Shown here one piece after another: positions 10,795 to 24,235 of a stretch of 50,932 nucleotides of DNA. The stretch comes from Girardia tigrina (lineage: Eukaryota), in contig MQRK01223825.1 in NCBI GenBank assembly GCA_001938485.1, positions 5,564 through 56,495 of the forward strand. The letters are read 5' to 3'. The translations under genes were made by a program, and so were the position numbers. The notes beneath the pieces are model-generated. The model was not told the origin of the DNA. It saw nothing but the letters and a program-made list of their open reading frames with translations, and did not search any database. How positions within the stretch are numbered: the first letter of the stretch is position 1; each line of letters opens with the position of its first letter.

Positions 10795-12055
10795 TTGGGT
10801 TGGCCAAAAAGTCATTGCGTTTTTGACTAAAATATTTATTATCAAAAAATGACATGGATGCACAAATATTTTTACAGGATATACTGTCCATTATTTTCAA
10901 TCACTTTCTTCCACCTTTCCGGTAGCTACATTATTCCTGATTCATAAAAACCTTTGCCTTTGTCAGCAAAAAAGCCGTCATCATCACTGAGAATGTTTTT
11001 CTGTGTAAGAAATTCTGCAGTGATCTAAATAAGTGAATATCCGATGGGGCCAAGTCTGGAAAATATGGTGGGTGCGGCAAAACCTCCCAACCCAGTGATA
11101 AGAGTTTCTGGCGAGTGGTAAAACTTATATGCGGTCTTGCGTTATTATGCTGAATTACAACTCCTTTTCGATTTGCCAATTCAGGACGTTCCTGTTGAAT
11201 TGAATGAGCCAATTTCTACAGCTGACCACAATATCTGTCTGAATTGATGGTTTCATTCCTCAGAAGGAGTTCAAAAAACACAATTCCTTTAAAATCCCAC
11301 TAGGCGGAAAGCATAACCTTCTTTTGGTGAATTTCTGCTTTTGAGATCGTTTTGGCAGGCTCACCACGTTTTGTCCATGATCGTCGGCGTTCCACATTGT
11401 TGTAAACAATCCATTTTTCGTCACCCGTAATCAAGCGCTTCAAAAATGGATCACTTTGTTCTCGCTTCAAAAGGGAATCACAAATGTCTATACGTTTCAC
11501 CAAATGAATTTTTTTCAGTTCATGTGGTAACCACATATCGAGTTTACTGATGAATCCAAGTTTTTTTAAATGACTTCCAACACTTGATTTTGATATTTCC
11601 AGAGTCTCTGCAACTTCTCTTGTCGATATATGTGGATTAGATTTGATCAGTGCTGTTATTTTGTCGCCATCAACTTCAACTGGTCGACAGGAGCGTGGTG
11701 CATCTTTCAGATGAAATTTTTCAGAACGAAATTTAGAAAACCAGTATTGACACTGTCGAAGTTTTAAGGAGTCATTACCATATACAAAACATATCTTATG
11801 AGCTTGCACAGCGGTTTTCCCTTTGCGAAAATAATGCAACAAAACATGACGAATATGCTCATTTTGATTTTCCATTTCGAATTGACGGTAAAGTAATAAA
11901 TTAAAACAAAATCAATTAATATTTTGTATAAAAATAGTCTGAAAATTAAGGTTTCAGAATATATAATTGATTTTAAATTTTATCACATCGTTTTATATTT
12001 TCAAGCTTTTTATTAGGACGTACTCAAAAACACAATGACTTTTTGGCCAACCCAA
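10795..12055 (-). mobile_element. mariner (DD34D) transposon, mellifera-subfamily-like, full length with a few disabling mutations
   Basis: About 32-bp TIRs TTGGGTTGGCCAAAAAGTCATTG.GTTTTTGA, TA TSD; MENQNEHIRHVLLHYFRKGK, WLPHEL, ITGDEKW, HNNARPH, YFPDLAPSD; 1261 bp. Confidence 0.95.
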
Positions 12056-13740
12056 TATATAATAAAATAAAGTTCTTGACAAAACCCTGAAAACTATTTC
12101 AACATTTATTAAAAACAGTTTTAAAGTGTCTCTGTCGTTTAATCGGGACTTGACGGTAATAATTAGAAAAGAGATTATTTTTCTGATGATTTAGTTCCTT
12201 TGGTGAAATTATTTACCAATGACCCTGAAAATTTGACAAAAACAAGTTTAATAAATAAAGAAGCGACCGATTTGAATGCAGATTGCTTCAATTTGTATAC
12301 GAATGCGAGGACCTCATATAAGGTGGTTAAATAAGTTGTTTTTGTTGGACGTATCAATTTAATACAAGTTATTTTAGCCATTTACAGAGGAACATTATCG
12401 ACAGTTCTCACAAAGCAAAGAGAGATTATTGAGAATGTAATTTAATTTATTGTTTTCATATAATTTTGCATTTTATTTTATTAAATAATTATTTAGTGAT
12501 ATAAATATCTTTTTATTCTTTCTCTCTCTCCTTCTCACTTAAAATACGGATTCAAATAAGCGAGTTTTCGAAATTAACTTGAATTTTTCGGAAGAACTCA
12601 AAACTAACGTGTTATGACGGCTCACATTGATTGTAATTGTTATTATTATGTGTAAAATTTGAATCATCTTTGGAACAATCAATAGTTGAGCCTTCAGTCG
12701 TTGACATCAAAAAGAATATATTAATAATTTTATCCGAATATCCGAATCAATTTGACACATGAAAAACCCTTTAAAAATATCGGTACGCGACAACTGGCCG
12801 CAGAAATTAATTTTATGACTCAATAATTTTTGTTGTTCAATTTTACAAATTGGTGATTATAATTTTATTATTTGTCACATTCTTCCGTTACATTTTATTT
12901 ATACTTAAACATTAAATTTCATTTTTGTTTTAGTAACATGAAATTTACTTTAATTTTGTTCATGATAAAACTTTCCTTAATCCTTAAAATTTTATTTTTG
13001 CCGTATATTACAACTTATGATTTTAATTGAATCATTTTAAAATTTATATTCGTCTGAAATTAAATTTCTACATATATTTTTTCAACAACCAATTTTAAAA
13101 TCTAGTTCAATGAAGTATTTGACATTTTTTTTAAAACTATTGGGTTTGATTATAAAACTATCTTTGATTATATTAAATTGCTAATCTGACTCTAAATCGA
13201 CCAAAAAGTTTCTTCCAACAATAATATATGAAGAATGAACACAGATCTTTTAATAAACTTTATTTGTAAATGACAACTTGAGCACAAAACTGAAATCGAA
13301 ACTTAATCACTAAATCAATAGTTTGAAGAACACTCAATCAACACAAACCAATATCAATTTAGAACGAGCAATATCTGAAAGTTTAACTTTAATCTTTCTC
13401 CTTTACAGGATACTAGATTTGTTTACAAAAATTAAATGAAAAAGATTACCGTAAATCATGATGAAATTTAAAACTTAATAGGGTCCGCAAATATAATTTT
13501 TGTTCGAAATTTTGTTGCGAATATGACTGAAATAATCATTGTTTATATACTAGTTTTTTCTAACCTTTAAAATTAGTTTACTAAAACAAATCTAAAAATA
13601 TTTAAAAATATTCTACAAATTTTATCAAAATAACTATTATGATAATTAAAAAAAATTATTAATTTTAACCAGAGAATTATTTTTAATTTTTTTTAATTTA
13701 AAAATTTTAATTTATATTTTTCGGAACCCCAACAATACTA

Positions 13741-14948
13741 TTAGGTGTACAAGTATGAAAGGCGGATTAAATTTTGAAAAGAAATACGTTAAAAACAAAA
13801 GAACGATAAAAAAAGCTTTATTCAAAATATGCTCCATTACTAATGATACATTTGTCCNNNNNNNNNNNNNNNNNNNNNNNNNNNNNNNNNNNNNNNNNNN
13901 NNNNNNNNNNNNNNNNNNNNNNNNNNNNNNNNNNNNNNNNNNNNNNNNNNNNNNNNNNNNNNNNNNNNNNNNNNNNNNNNNNNNNNNNNNNNNNNNNNNN
14001 NNNNNNNNNNNNNNNNNNNNNNNNNNNNNNNNNNNNNNNNNNNNNNNNNNNNNNNNNNNNNNNNNNNNNNNNNNNNNNNNNNNNNNNNNNNNNNNNNNNN
14101 NNNNNNNNNNNNNNNNNNNNNNNNNNNNNNNNNNNNNNNNNNNNNNNNNNNNNNNNNNNNNNNNNNNNNNNNNNNNNNNNNNNNNNNNNNNNNNNNNNNN
14201 NNNNNNNNNNNNNNNNNNNNNNNNNNNNNNNNNNNNNNNNNNNNNNNNNNNNNNNNNNNNNNNNNNNNNNNNNNNNNNNNNNNNNNNNNNNNNNNNNNNN
14301 NNNNNNNNNNNNNNNNNNNNNNNNNNNNNNNNNNNNNNNNNNNNNNNNNNNNNNNNNNNNNNNNNNNNNNNNNNNNNNNNNNNNNNNNNNNNNCTGCCTA
14401 TCGTTCAATTGATATGGTACCCATCGGCCGATCTTATGAATCTTTCCCATCTGCCTGAGGCGATTGCTAACAGCTTGTTGAGTAACACCTAATTGCTCTG
14501 CTAGTTGGTTTTTGTGTTTGCGAATCATCTTCGTCCAACAAAGCTTGCAATTCCATATCTGGGAAACCTTTTCGTGGTTTCCCATGGTCCTTATCTGCAA
14601 CATCAAAGTAACCACCATGGGAGCGCCGAAACCATCGTTCACATGTATCTTGCGATGGGGCATATTCACCATAAGCTTCTTGGAGTAATCGGTATGATTC
14701 AGCAGCAGTTTTCTTTAGATGGTAACAAAAAATTAGTACCGTCCGNNNNNNNNNNNNNNNNNNNNNNNNNNNNNNNNNNNNNNNNNNNNNNNNNNNNNNA
14801 TTATTAAAACGCTTTATCAATTTATGAGTTACGTATGAGACATTACATAATTACTCAATATTATGACATCATTGCCTAACCATTGACCTACTTTTTGCAT
14901 TGTGCACAATCCGTTTTCTGAAATCGCATTTCATACTTGTACACCTAA
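13741..14948 (-). mobile_element. mariner transposon, Mos1/mauritiana-like, partly in N gaps
   Basis: TIRs TTAGGTGTACAAGTATGAAA, TA TSD; RTVLIFCYHLKKTAAESYRLL, ELQALLDEDDSQTQ, GRWVPYQLNDRQ, C-terminal KCIISNGAYFE. Confidence 0.93.
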
Positions 14949-15565
14949 TAAACATTCAAAATAAACAAAGTAAGACCGATTCAAATCTTAAAATCGTTAA
15001 TTGAATTTTTTAAACATTTTGCATTTTTTATCCAATAATATCCTAAATAATTAAAATAAATCAAAACGTAATTCCTCTACAACCATATTTTTATAAGATG
15101 AACATTAAAACTAACAAATATTAAATTATAATTGCTGATGACGGAATACGAAAATTCAAAATATGTTTAAAACTCGATTTCTTAAAATATCTTTAACAAA
15201 ATTATTTTTGAATTTATTTTTCAAATTCTATAATTTATGTACTTGAAATTCATTAGATACAGAAATCTATTTTTAGTCAGCTTAAATTTGAAGCAACAAT
15301 TCAGTAGTAACTGTGTAATAAATGCTACCACAAGATGCCACTTACCAAACACATTTGTCTAATAAGATTTCTTGTACATTGACTTTTGTAATTTGGTATA
15401 CTCTAACGGCAAAGGATTTATACAATTTATTTGACTTGGACACAGTATAAAAATAATAAAAATAAACATTTCCAATTATTCGATCGACAAGGAAATAATG
15501 AATGTGGTTTCAGATTCACGAGTAGAAAGAACAGCTGGCAGCGCGACGAGTCTTCGGGAAGCAAT

Positions 15566-15880
15566 ATGACGGATCAGGGGGGTTCAGGAGGGCGACGGCT
15601 CATACCAGATGAAGAACGCATGCACCGACACAGCCACAGCGTGGACAGTATTGATTCTCAGACGGCACTGATTGAAATCGATAATAATCGCGAGACTCAT
15701 TCTCACGCGGTGACAGCAGACAACTCAACTAACAATTTGCATGACAACCTAATTGGATGTGTAACCACACGGTTTTCCAAATCCGGTTAGATAATAATCA
15801 TGTGTAGATCGATTAAATTCTCCTCTATTATTTCAGCCGGAAAGAAAGGACAAGATAATAATAATTCTGTTGATTGTTAA
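15566..15880 (+). CDS. Putative small disordered host protein, spliced (intron 15786-15836, or 15786-15807)
   Basis: GC-elevated open frame MTDQGGSGGRR..; GT donor removes the TAG and polypyrimidine tttcag acceptor restores the frame to AGKKGQDNNNSVDC*. Confidence 0.35.
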
Positions 15881-15966
15881 TTTGGAATTTATTAATTTAT
15901 CGATTTTATTTTTGGTAAATTTTTATTTTAAATTTTTGGTCAAATTCAGTTTTCTCTATTATATTA

Positions 15967-18232
15967 CAGTGCAACTCGCTTAATATGGTCATATCCGTTG
16001 TGGAACATTGATATTTGTCTTGATCTGAATTTCTGAATTCATACTAATGTTTTCAATAAATGAAAATCTGTTAATAAAAATTATTAATTATAAAGAATTT
16101 AATTAGTTGAAATTAAATCTAAACATTTTTAAAAAAAGAACATATTAAATTAATATATTAAAATTTTAAATTACATTAAAAATAAATAATACATTCAAAA
16201 ATTATTTTAAATCTTTTTACAATTAAATTAAATTATTTTTAATTAGTAGGAATCAAAGAAAATACCAATCATCCATCTGTGTAGGAGAGCACAATCCGAA
16301 TCAACATAAAACATGCACAATATCAACACACAATTCAAAACATTCCTCACAAATACAACAACCATCTAATTTATACTAGGTTTCTACATCAAGTCATCGA
16401 AGTATAAGTACAATAATAATGCATAAAAACAGTCTTTTATTGACTTTCTTACATGAGAACACAATACAATAACAATGTCACTCACGGACTAGAAAGAGTC
16501 GTATATCTTCTCGAACTAAGACATTCGTCTCGAATTTCCATAATGCTCACTAAGAGTTCGTGCACTTTGGAACAGAGATCTGTTCGAGTATGTCACACAA
16601 GAAATCATTCACCTTCATATAAATTTGACTGCAGAAAAAAGGTTGTTCCTTCATCATTGCTGGTATCTGAGTCCAGAGTAATTTCCTGGCTAGATCGTTT
16701 GGCAGCACCTTCTGCAATTACAATGGAGCTGTTTTAATAGCATAATAAAAAAAAGACATGAAACATCGAGAATAATTTATTTCAATAGGAAGTTGTACCT
16801 CCCTCGGCACGCAAAGGTTCTTTCACACGGCGACACATGCTTTCAGGCACACCAGAACAAAAGTTACAAATGGCCGAGAAGGAAAACCATATTTGCAGAC
16901 ATGTTTGCCGCAATGTCTCCTTGGGAACATTTCGTTTTCGAGCATCACGTTTCAATAGGTTCCAGGCTGTCTCTATCGGATTCATGCCTGCGCCGTTTCC
17001 AGCTCAAGACAACTCGGTTACTCCATCGTCCTCCAAGTGTGATCGCGTTTTTCTTGACGTGTGGCATGGGGCGTTGTCTTGTTAGAAGATCCACTCCTTA
17101 GTGCCATGCCAGTTTTCTGTCTGTGGGAGGAGACAGGGTTACAATGACTTGACAGTATTGTTGGGATGCCATTGAGCCTTCCTGCCTGTGTCGCCGTCCA
17201 GGTCCTCTGCTGGAGATGCATCCCCAGATCATCATTCTAGGAGAATATTCATGCCGACATTGCACATGACCTTGTTGAGTCTGTCCAGCACTTCTTCGAA
17301 CGAATTGGCTCCTGCGGCGACCTGCTTCCATCATTGTCTCATCAGTGAAGACAACCGCAATGAAACCAGATCAAGAGAAGATGTTCCATGTAATGAGAAT
17401 AACAGCATTTCATTATTGTACTCATTACGGTATCTAGCTTGCTCCATTTGTCTGCTGCCCAGCGTGCATGTTGCTTTGCCCACTGAAGTCGTTAGGCGAT
17501 TCGTCCTGCATGCTGCAAATGCTCTCGAATTCGACGTGCTGATACATTAGATGCAGCTCGCCAATCGTTTCTTTCATTTCCACTGATGTCATTTTCGGAT
17601 CGATCTAGCTGAGTGTAATGATGCGATTTGAAAGTCGCTCTCCAATGAGCTTCTTTCTCCCACACCGGCCTTTCTTCTGATTTGCGATGCTCCCAGTCTG
17701 TTGATGCTGTTTTAACAGACGGGACACTGCAGATTGGGAGTAGCCCACATTTGCAGCAATTACCACTTGTGTCTGGGATGTGTGGGTAGCCGAAGTCACT
17801 GTCTGCGCACGCTGTATAGCAGTCAAGTCCGTGATAATGGCGATTCTTGGAATTCGTTGAAACAAAATTAAAAATAGAATTATGGTGTCATTTTTGCACC
17901 CTGTACAATTGGATTGATTGATTAATGTTTACTGCACGTAGACTTTATCATTTTCACAACACATTGACCATGAAACTGATATAATATATCGAATTTCAGG
18001 ATTATGCAATTAAAACCGTCCCATTGTATAGTGCAGTCTTCCGCCATATTCTCCTCATAGCATTGGATCTGCGAGTCAATATCGATTTAGTCTTGCTTCA
18101 TTGATCTAGTAATCCACATCTACATTGTCAAACTCGTTAATATGAAAGTCCGATTTTTGGAAGCATTTTGTGATTCCGTTCATGGTAAATTTGGGTGTAT
18201 TAAGCGGTGACCACGTTAATCAGGTTGCACTG
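15967..18232 (-). mobile_element. Internally deleted pogo-like transposon with nested Tc1
   Basis: Imperfect TIRs CAGTGCAAC..TTAA..TGGTCA with TA flanks; remnant ITKCFQKSDF motif and a degenerate Cys-rich C-terminal segment near 16260-16380. Confidence 0.7.
16782..17903 (-). mobile_element. Tc1-family (DD34E-like) transposon, degenerate
   Basis: IAANVGYSQSAVSRLLK..GRCGRKK; VFTDE; MMIWGCISSRGPG; MNPIETAWNLLKR; ESMCRRVKE..EGGTTSY; TA+CAGGGTGCAAAAATGACACC TIR-like end at 17903. Confidence 0.88.
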
Positions 18233-18244
18233 TATTTATTTTTC

Positions 18245-20240
18245 AGGGATTATTTCATGAGAGAACTTTTACCGCTATGTATAATTATTAAAACGCTATG
18301 TATTTTTTTATTAAAAAGCTAAGTATTCTTAATGAAACGCTAAGTAAAATAAACGAATCCTATATATCAAAGGCTAAGTAAAAAATAAAAAAGATAAATA
18401 AAAAATGTCAATTCTAAGTACAAAATACAAAGTTAATAAATCAAAATACAAAGAATATTTTTATCCTTTATTGGAAAATTAAAGCCTTTTAAGCCTTGGT
18501 TGGTCTACCATGCTTCAATTTTTCTCCAATCCGCACATTTTTGCAGTAGCAGGTCGTTTACAAAGACCGGTTCTAATTGAAATGCCAACAACATGCTTGC
18601 AGATATAATTTTTGAAAAATGCTGGTCAGTCACATACTCCATCTTGCCAAACTTTTTCTTTAAGAAATGTGAGTTTCCAAGCACGTGTTTTAAATTACTC
18701 GAAGGTATTCCATTACAGTAATTTTTTTCTTCGACAACACTTTTAGCAAGTTGGTTTATATTTCCAGATGGAACGAAATATTAAACTGTTGTATCCAGAT
18801 CTTCCAACAGCAAAACTTTGTTAGTCTTTGTCCATTGATACACATTAGTCTAAACACTTAATGGATAGTAAGATATGTCACAAATGTCTTCATAAGCTTT
18901 CGACCAGTTGGCAACCATCACAAAAACAACGACGAGCAAATAAGAGAGAGTCAATCGTTCACGTAAAGTTCCCTCTTCTTTGATATATCGGTTAAAACTC
19001 TCCAAAGCATTGTTGGTACTCGGAGTGAAATGTTGCTATCCTTCATACCAAGGGTTATTCCAAGTGTTATAATTTCCTGTCATTATTGAAATAGTCGACA
19101 AATTCTGGAAAATCCATTTATTAAGAAAAGAAGTGATGCTTTTCAGAATATTTCAGAAGACTGGGACAGTTGTAACTTATCAATGTCTTCAAAAACAGGT
19201 TCACAAAAATCTGTAGTGCAGCTTTTCGCACAAGCACGACGCATATGAGCCCAACACATTATAATTTGGTACTTATTGAAAAGTTGAATGAAGGCGTTTT
19301 TTATTGCAGCCGATGCGTCACAGACTAGTATTTCAGGCTCAAAAGACGCATTATGAATCTTTGATAGATATTCAACAATACCCTTAAAAATGAAAATAAC
19401 AGACTGCTAATCAATATGGATGAAAATGTCGATCTGAGGCGGTCGTACCACAAATTAAGGCTGGAAAACCTTGCCAATTCAATTGATAAGTGGCATACGC
19501 ATGTAGAATTTTTCTTCCTTTAGCGATACACAATAGTCTTTCATTGTGACGAAATACTTGAAAGTATTGCTTTCTTGTTCGACTTCTTCAATATCATTAT
19601 CACAGTACTCGTAATGAACAGAATATTCTAATATAAATTCATTATCATCTGATTCAGGAACGTTTTTATTTTCTTTGAGTATAGCTTCTTACTCTCTTAA
19701 ACTTATTTTAGTGGGCCGTATTTTTCCTTTTTCAATTTAGTTAGATTATTCCTTAATTGAATTATTGATGGATTTTTTTTCTTTTCAATTCCTCGCTCAT
19801 GCAAAATTTCTAAAATTCTCTTAGGCTTAATTTTAAGTTCCACCAGCTCATTTATAATATCTTTAACATCTTCAGAAAAAAGATTTTTGGAAGAATTTCC
19901 ATCATGACTATGTTCAGCTCTAGCTCGAAATAAGATTACCTCAACACTTGTAGAATCATATAAGAGATAAATGCCAGAATCGCATTGCTTACCCTTGAAC
20001 TTAGCTACATTGCACCTATAAAACACTTTCTCTCCGTTTTATTTTTATAGGAATAGGAATAGCTCCATATTTTTTCTTCCTTAATTTTACTTAGTGCTTC
20101 TTCACGTGACTTAAAATGAGAATCTTCATCCCAGATGCGACACCCCTTAGTCATCCTTTTCTTAGTCACTACATTATCTTGAATACTCATTTCTGAATCA
20201 GATGATGATTGATATTCAGGTATTTGTGTTGCATGCCATT
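18245..20240 (-). mobile_element. MULE (Mutator-like) transposon remnant with SWIM finger
   Basis: YRCN..C..HSH; ATYQLNWQGFP; LVCDASAAIKNAF..MCWAHMRR; PSTNNALESFN; CD.PAFFKNYICKH; repeated CGCTA(A/T)GTA subterminal motifs at 18270-18380. Confidence 0.88.
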
Positions 20241-20631
20241 TGGTTAGTTTGCAAGATTTATCTGGGAATTTCTATTATTAATATTAAAATTATTGGTTAA
20301 ATTATAATTACTTACATTTTTTAAAAATATGGCTAATTTTTGAAAAAGTACAGTAAATTTCATATTAAACAAACACAATAAAATTTCATTTTAAAGAACA
20401 CGAATTAAATTTCATCAAACCAAACTTTTCTAAGTGACACTTTGAATTGTTTTATTTTTACTAAATATATACAACAAAATCGAATAATGTTTTTTTAAAT
20501 ACTAATACTGATGAAAAGATAAAAACAACATAGAAATTTAAAAATCTATGTTTTGATTTTTTAACATAGATTTTTTTATTTACTGTTTAATTAATTATTT
20601 TACGTAGAAAATATTAATTTACTGATAATAA

Positions 20632-21530
20632 TTATTGTTTCGCCCGACCCTCAGGTTGATCCGAGAATCGGACGAATGCAACAAGGTTGCACAGTGGAAA
20701 TCTCTCGCTCCAGTGCTGGGCCCATATTGTGTTTAATTTGTTTAATTTCAGCACGAGAACGATAGCACATTGATCGATGATTCCGTATGGAAACAGCAGT
20801 TGATTAACATCGAGACAATCTCGTTTAGCGAATAACACTTGTTCCTCCACCGGGATTCCTTTCACTGATTAAATCTCATGTCTCAGTGAATCCAATGACT
20901 CAGTTTTCTCAACCAATATTTTAAATGATTCATTTTTGTTCACGCAAATTATCATACCGAATTTATTTGGAAACGTGGTGCATAGAATCTCGCATCCGTC
21001 ACTGACTCCACAATCGATCAGTTTCTCGCCGTCCGTATCCAAAACATTATTTTTAAATAATAATCTCTGTTCGAAAGGCGAGAATCCGCAAATAATTTCG
21101 ATTTAAGTTGTAAACACGTCTCACTTTTACCCATCTTTAAATTATAACGTGATCCATCGATCAGTTTTAATTTTATATTCATTTCATTTTGAATCGACAA
21201 TTGTATGAAGAACTCCAAAACTCTGATTTTCACTCTATATTCAATTTAGGAATTAATTCTATCAGTAATTCAAAATCCAATTAATTCAATTTGCAAAATT
21301 CAATTGGATTGATGAGAACAAACAAATATTCGTTATTTTCAAACTTATCATTAATAACGCAGCAGTTATTTGAAATCGATTCTTTCCGAAATAACTCCTT
21401 TTGATCAAAATACGCTCGATAAATTCCATTCGAAATTTCAGCTAATTTTATCTCGAAATATTCTATCGAATTTCCCATCTCGAATAATTTCATCTTCGAT
21501 TGGAACAAACGATCCGTTTCTCGATAATAT
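20632..21530 (-). pseudogene. Tandem ubiquitin-like domain protein pseudogene
   Basis: MNIKLKLIDGSRYNL..ETCLQLKSKL/GFSPFEQRLLFKNNVL..KLIDCGVSDGCEI and FKILVEKTESLDSLRHEI*SVKGIPVEEQVLF..YGIIDQCAIVLVLKL; one frameshift and one TAA. Confidence 0.75.
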
Positions 21531-21937
21531 CGTGTTGACTCTATAAACTGAGAATAACGAATTTCGAATTAGAAAATTTCTTTCTATAAAGTTCTATGTG
21601 TCCATTTGTTTGTGTGATTACAAAAAATTGCAGAGACACGATAAATTAACACGATTCAAATTTTTTCTATTTATTTCGTTTTATATAAACGAATTCACAA
21701 TTTTTATTAGTTAAACAACATCAATCAAAACTTTCGTCAATCATTTCCATTAATTGTTTTTTTTCAATTTTTAAAATTAATTTTCTTTCCAAATCAAACA
21801 ATATTTTTTGCATACAATTTTTTTACAAAACACATAATTAAAAATATAAAAAAACACAAAAAATATCACAGATTGGCGTTCACATTTTTTTCATGTGAAG
21901 GAGATTGAGATAGAGAGAAAGAGCACGGGATCAATTG

Positions 21938-21975
<38 letters not shown>

Positions 21976-22185
21976 NNNNNNNNNNNNNNNNNNNNNNNNN
22001 NNNNNNNNNNNNNNNNNNNNNNNNNNNNNNNNNNNNNNNNNNNNNNNNNNNNNNNNNNNNNNNNNNNNNNNNNNNNNNNNNNNNNNNNNNNNNNNNNNNN
22101 NNNNNNNNNNNNNNNNNNNNNNNNNNNNNNNNNNNNNNNNNNNNNNNNNNNNNNNNNNNNNNNNNNNNNNNNNNNNNNNNNNNNN

Positions 22186-22232
<47 letters not shown>

Positions 22233-22385
22233 TAGTGACCAGTAATTAACACATGTTCGTTTTATAAAAAAATTTAATTAAGTAATCATAAAGTTTCCGT
22301 TAACCCGATATGAAGTTGATAATAATTCTCTGAATTTATGTCTTGGTTGTTTAATTGTCTTAAATGACGATTTTGTCGACCAACA

Positions 22386-22901
22386 TCAATAAAATAAATC
22401 GTTCGACGAGAAAACACTATCATCCATCGTTTTTCGAGCAAAATAAACCGTTGAATTCGAATAATATCGGCGGCAATAATAACAATTGGAAACGACGAGT
22501 AGAACATTTTCATCAAACCTGTGGAGTTACGTAAGTGAACAGTTACCACAACAACTCGTCCGTCAATTCATCGAATTTCAACATCGATAATCCGTCAAGA
22601 TGACAAGCGACTGATTTGCAGAGAATGACATTATCGAGTTGCGAACTCCGGCGACAACACGCGATCAATTCCAACGTCGGTGCCAAGATTACTCACGGTT
22701 GTCATGGTGGCCCCTTCAGCATTTCTTTCACGCCATCAAAATATGGTAATAATTGTGAGTCGGCAATCGGCGCTCCCTTTGGTAAATGTAGTATCCGGCC
22801 ACCCAGGAGGGGACACGAGACAATCTGGTCCCACTGCCGAAGCTTCGATCGACCGACACTATAAGTGATAATAACAGTAACAACAATTGAATCCCGAACA
22901 T
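22386..22901 (-). CDS. Candidate secreted Cys-containing protein gene or pseudogene with tiny intron(s)
   Basis: Signal-peptide-like start MFGIQLLLLLLSLIVSVDRSFG; 28-nt intron gtaactg..tccacag (22519-22546) joins ..DELTDELLW/FDENVLLVVSNCYYCRR..; middle frame not resolved. Confidence 0.35.
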
Positions 22902-22933
22902 TTATAATACAGTGTATTCCTTATATTATATAA

Positions 22934-23098
22934 CTAGTAAATAACCCGTCATGTATGACGGGTAAAATTGAGAAAAGAAATTTTATTTTTTAATTTTAAT
23001 TTGAGTAATTTTGGATGTAATAATAATAATTTTCCATATGAATTATTATTAATATAAATATCTACTTACAATTGTAAGTAGATAATATGAGCGTTAGT

Positions 23099-23133
<35 letters not shown>

Positions 23134-23165
23134 TGAGTGACTTGGGCTTTTATAATATTATATAA
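22934..23165 (-). mobile_element. Non-autonomous Helitron (Lep1-like architecture) with (CTGC)n microsatellite
   Basis: 3' hairpin ACCCGTCAtacaTGACGGGT, 6 nt spacer, CTAG then T; 5' TATAATATTATAAAAGCCCAAG followed by tetranucleotide repeat (23100-23133); internal palindrome about 23059-23082. Confidence 0.8.
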
Positions 23166-23610
23166 TATGAAACTTAAATATAAAAGATTTAAAAAATCGA
23201 TTTAAATATAGATTGTTTTTATAATTGTAATTACAGTTTATTTGGAATAAATATTTATTATTGTTCTGTGGAATTTTTATTAAAAGTGGAGATATCTAAA
23301 GAAAAAAGAATCCTCCACACATATGATTCGTTTATTTTACTTAGTGTTTTATTAAGAATACTTAGCGCTTAAATAACTGTCTTATTTTATTATTATCAAT
23401 TAAACTTCTGCAATAATTAATACCCTTAAAATTAATTTTAAAAAGAATCGATAATTCATCATGAAGGAAAATTGTATAAAGCGGTTCAAAATCAAACTAA
23501 AAAATTCGAATTCCAATTTCAACAATAATAATTTTATGAAGATAATTTTGATACTATAGTGTTTTTAAAGAAATTTATTTTAACCACATTTAATAGTTAT
23601 ATAATATATT

Positions 23611-24235
23611 ACGTCGTCCACTTAGTTATTGGAAAAATTTATTTTTTAAAAACGTATTTACATTTTATTCCAAAAAATAATTTCCGTTGTTTTCTTTCAC
23701 CTTCCCTCGTTCAGGCAGTTGTTTGATTCATTTTTTTTTTAAAAAATCCTTGGGTTTTTCATTGAAAACTTTTCTGAGATTTTACTTCATTAAGATTTTT
23801 AAAATGTTTACCGCGGAACGTATGTTCCAATGACTGGAAAATATGATAGCCTGATGATGGAAGGTTTAGAGAATAAGGTGTATGAGTCAGTTGTTCAAAT
23901 CCAAGTTCACTTATTTTCTGGTTCGTGATTCTCGCAGAGTGCGGCTTTGCGTTGTCATGCTGTAAAATTCTTCCAATGTTGTGAATCACTTTGAGTTATT
24001 CTTTTTATAAAATTCCAGTTGCTGACAGTAGATCTCTGTCGTAATGCTTTCACCAGGTTTCAGCAACTCATAGAGTATGATGCCTGAAATATCTCACCCT
24101 ACACAAAGATGGACTTTCTTTAACGTTAGTGATGGTTGAGGAGTCGAAAGACCTGCTTCTCCGGAAGAAAGCCATTGTTTACTTCGATTTGGACCCATTT
24201 CTCGGCTCCTGTAATAATTCTGTCCAAAAAGGGTC
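23611..24235 (-). mobile_element. mariner transposase 3' remnant
   Basis: RIITGAEKW, YELLKPGESIT, LQHDNAKPH, HTPYSLNLPSSGYHIFQSL. Confidence 0.85.

Noticed and set aside
12180-12215. Other CTGANGA..GAAA motifs (also near 15135, 26130, 48115)
   Set aside because: Stem II, stem I or the cleavage triplet is missing
20635-20725. Second HDV-like ribozyme
   Set aside because: No P1 or P1.1 pairing; a simple hairpin explains the complementarity
20860-20880. TAA aligned with ubiquitin Q31, suggesting a TAA/TAG=Gln genetic code
   Set aside because: The same locus has a frameshift, Gln is encoded by CAA/CAG throughout, and transposases end at TAA/TAG at expected positions; a CAA to TAA mutation is simpler
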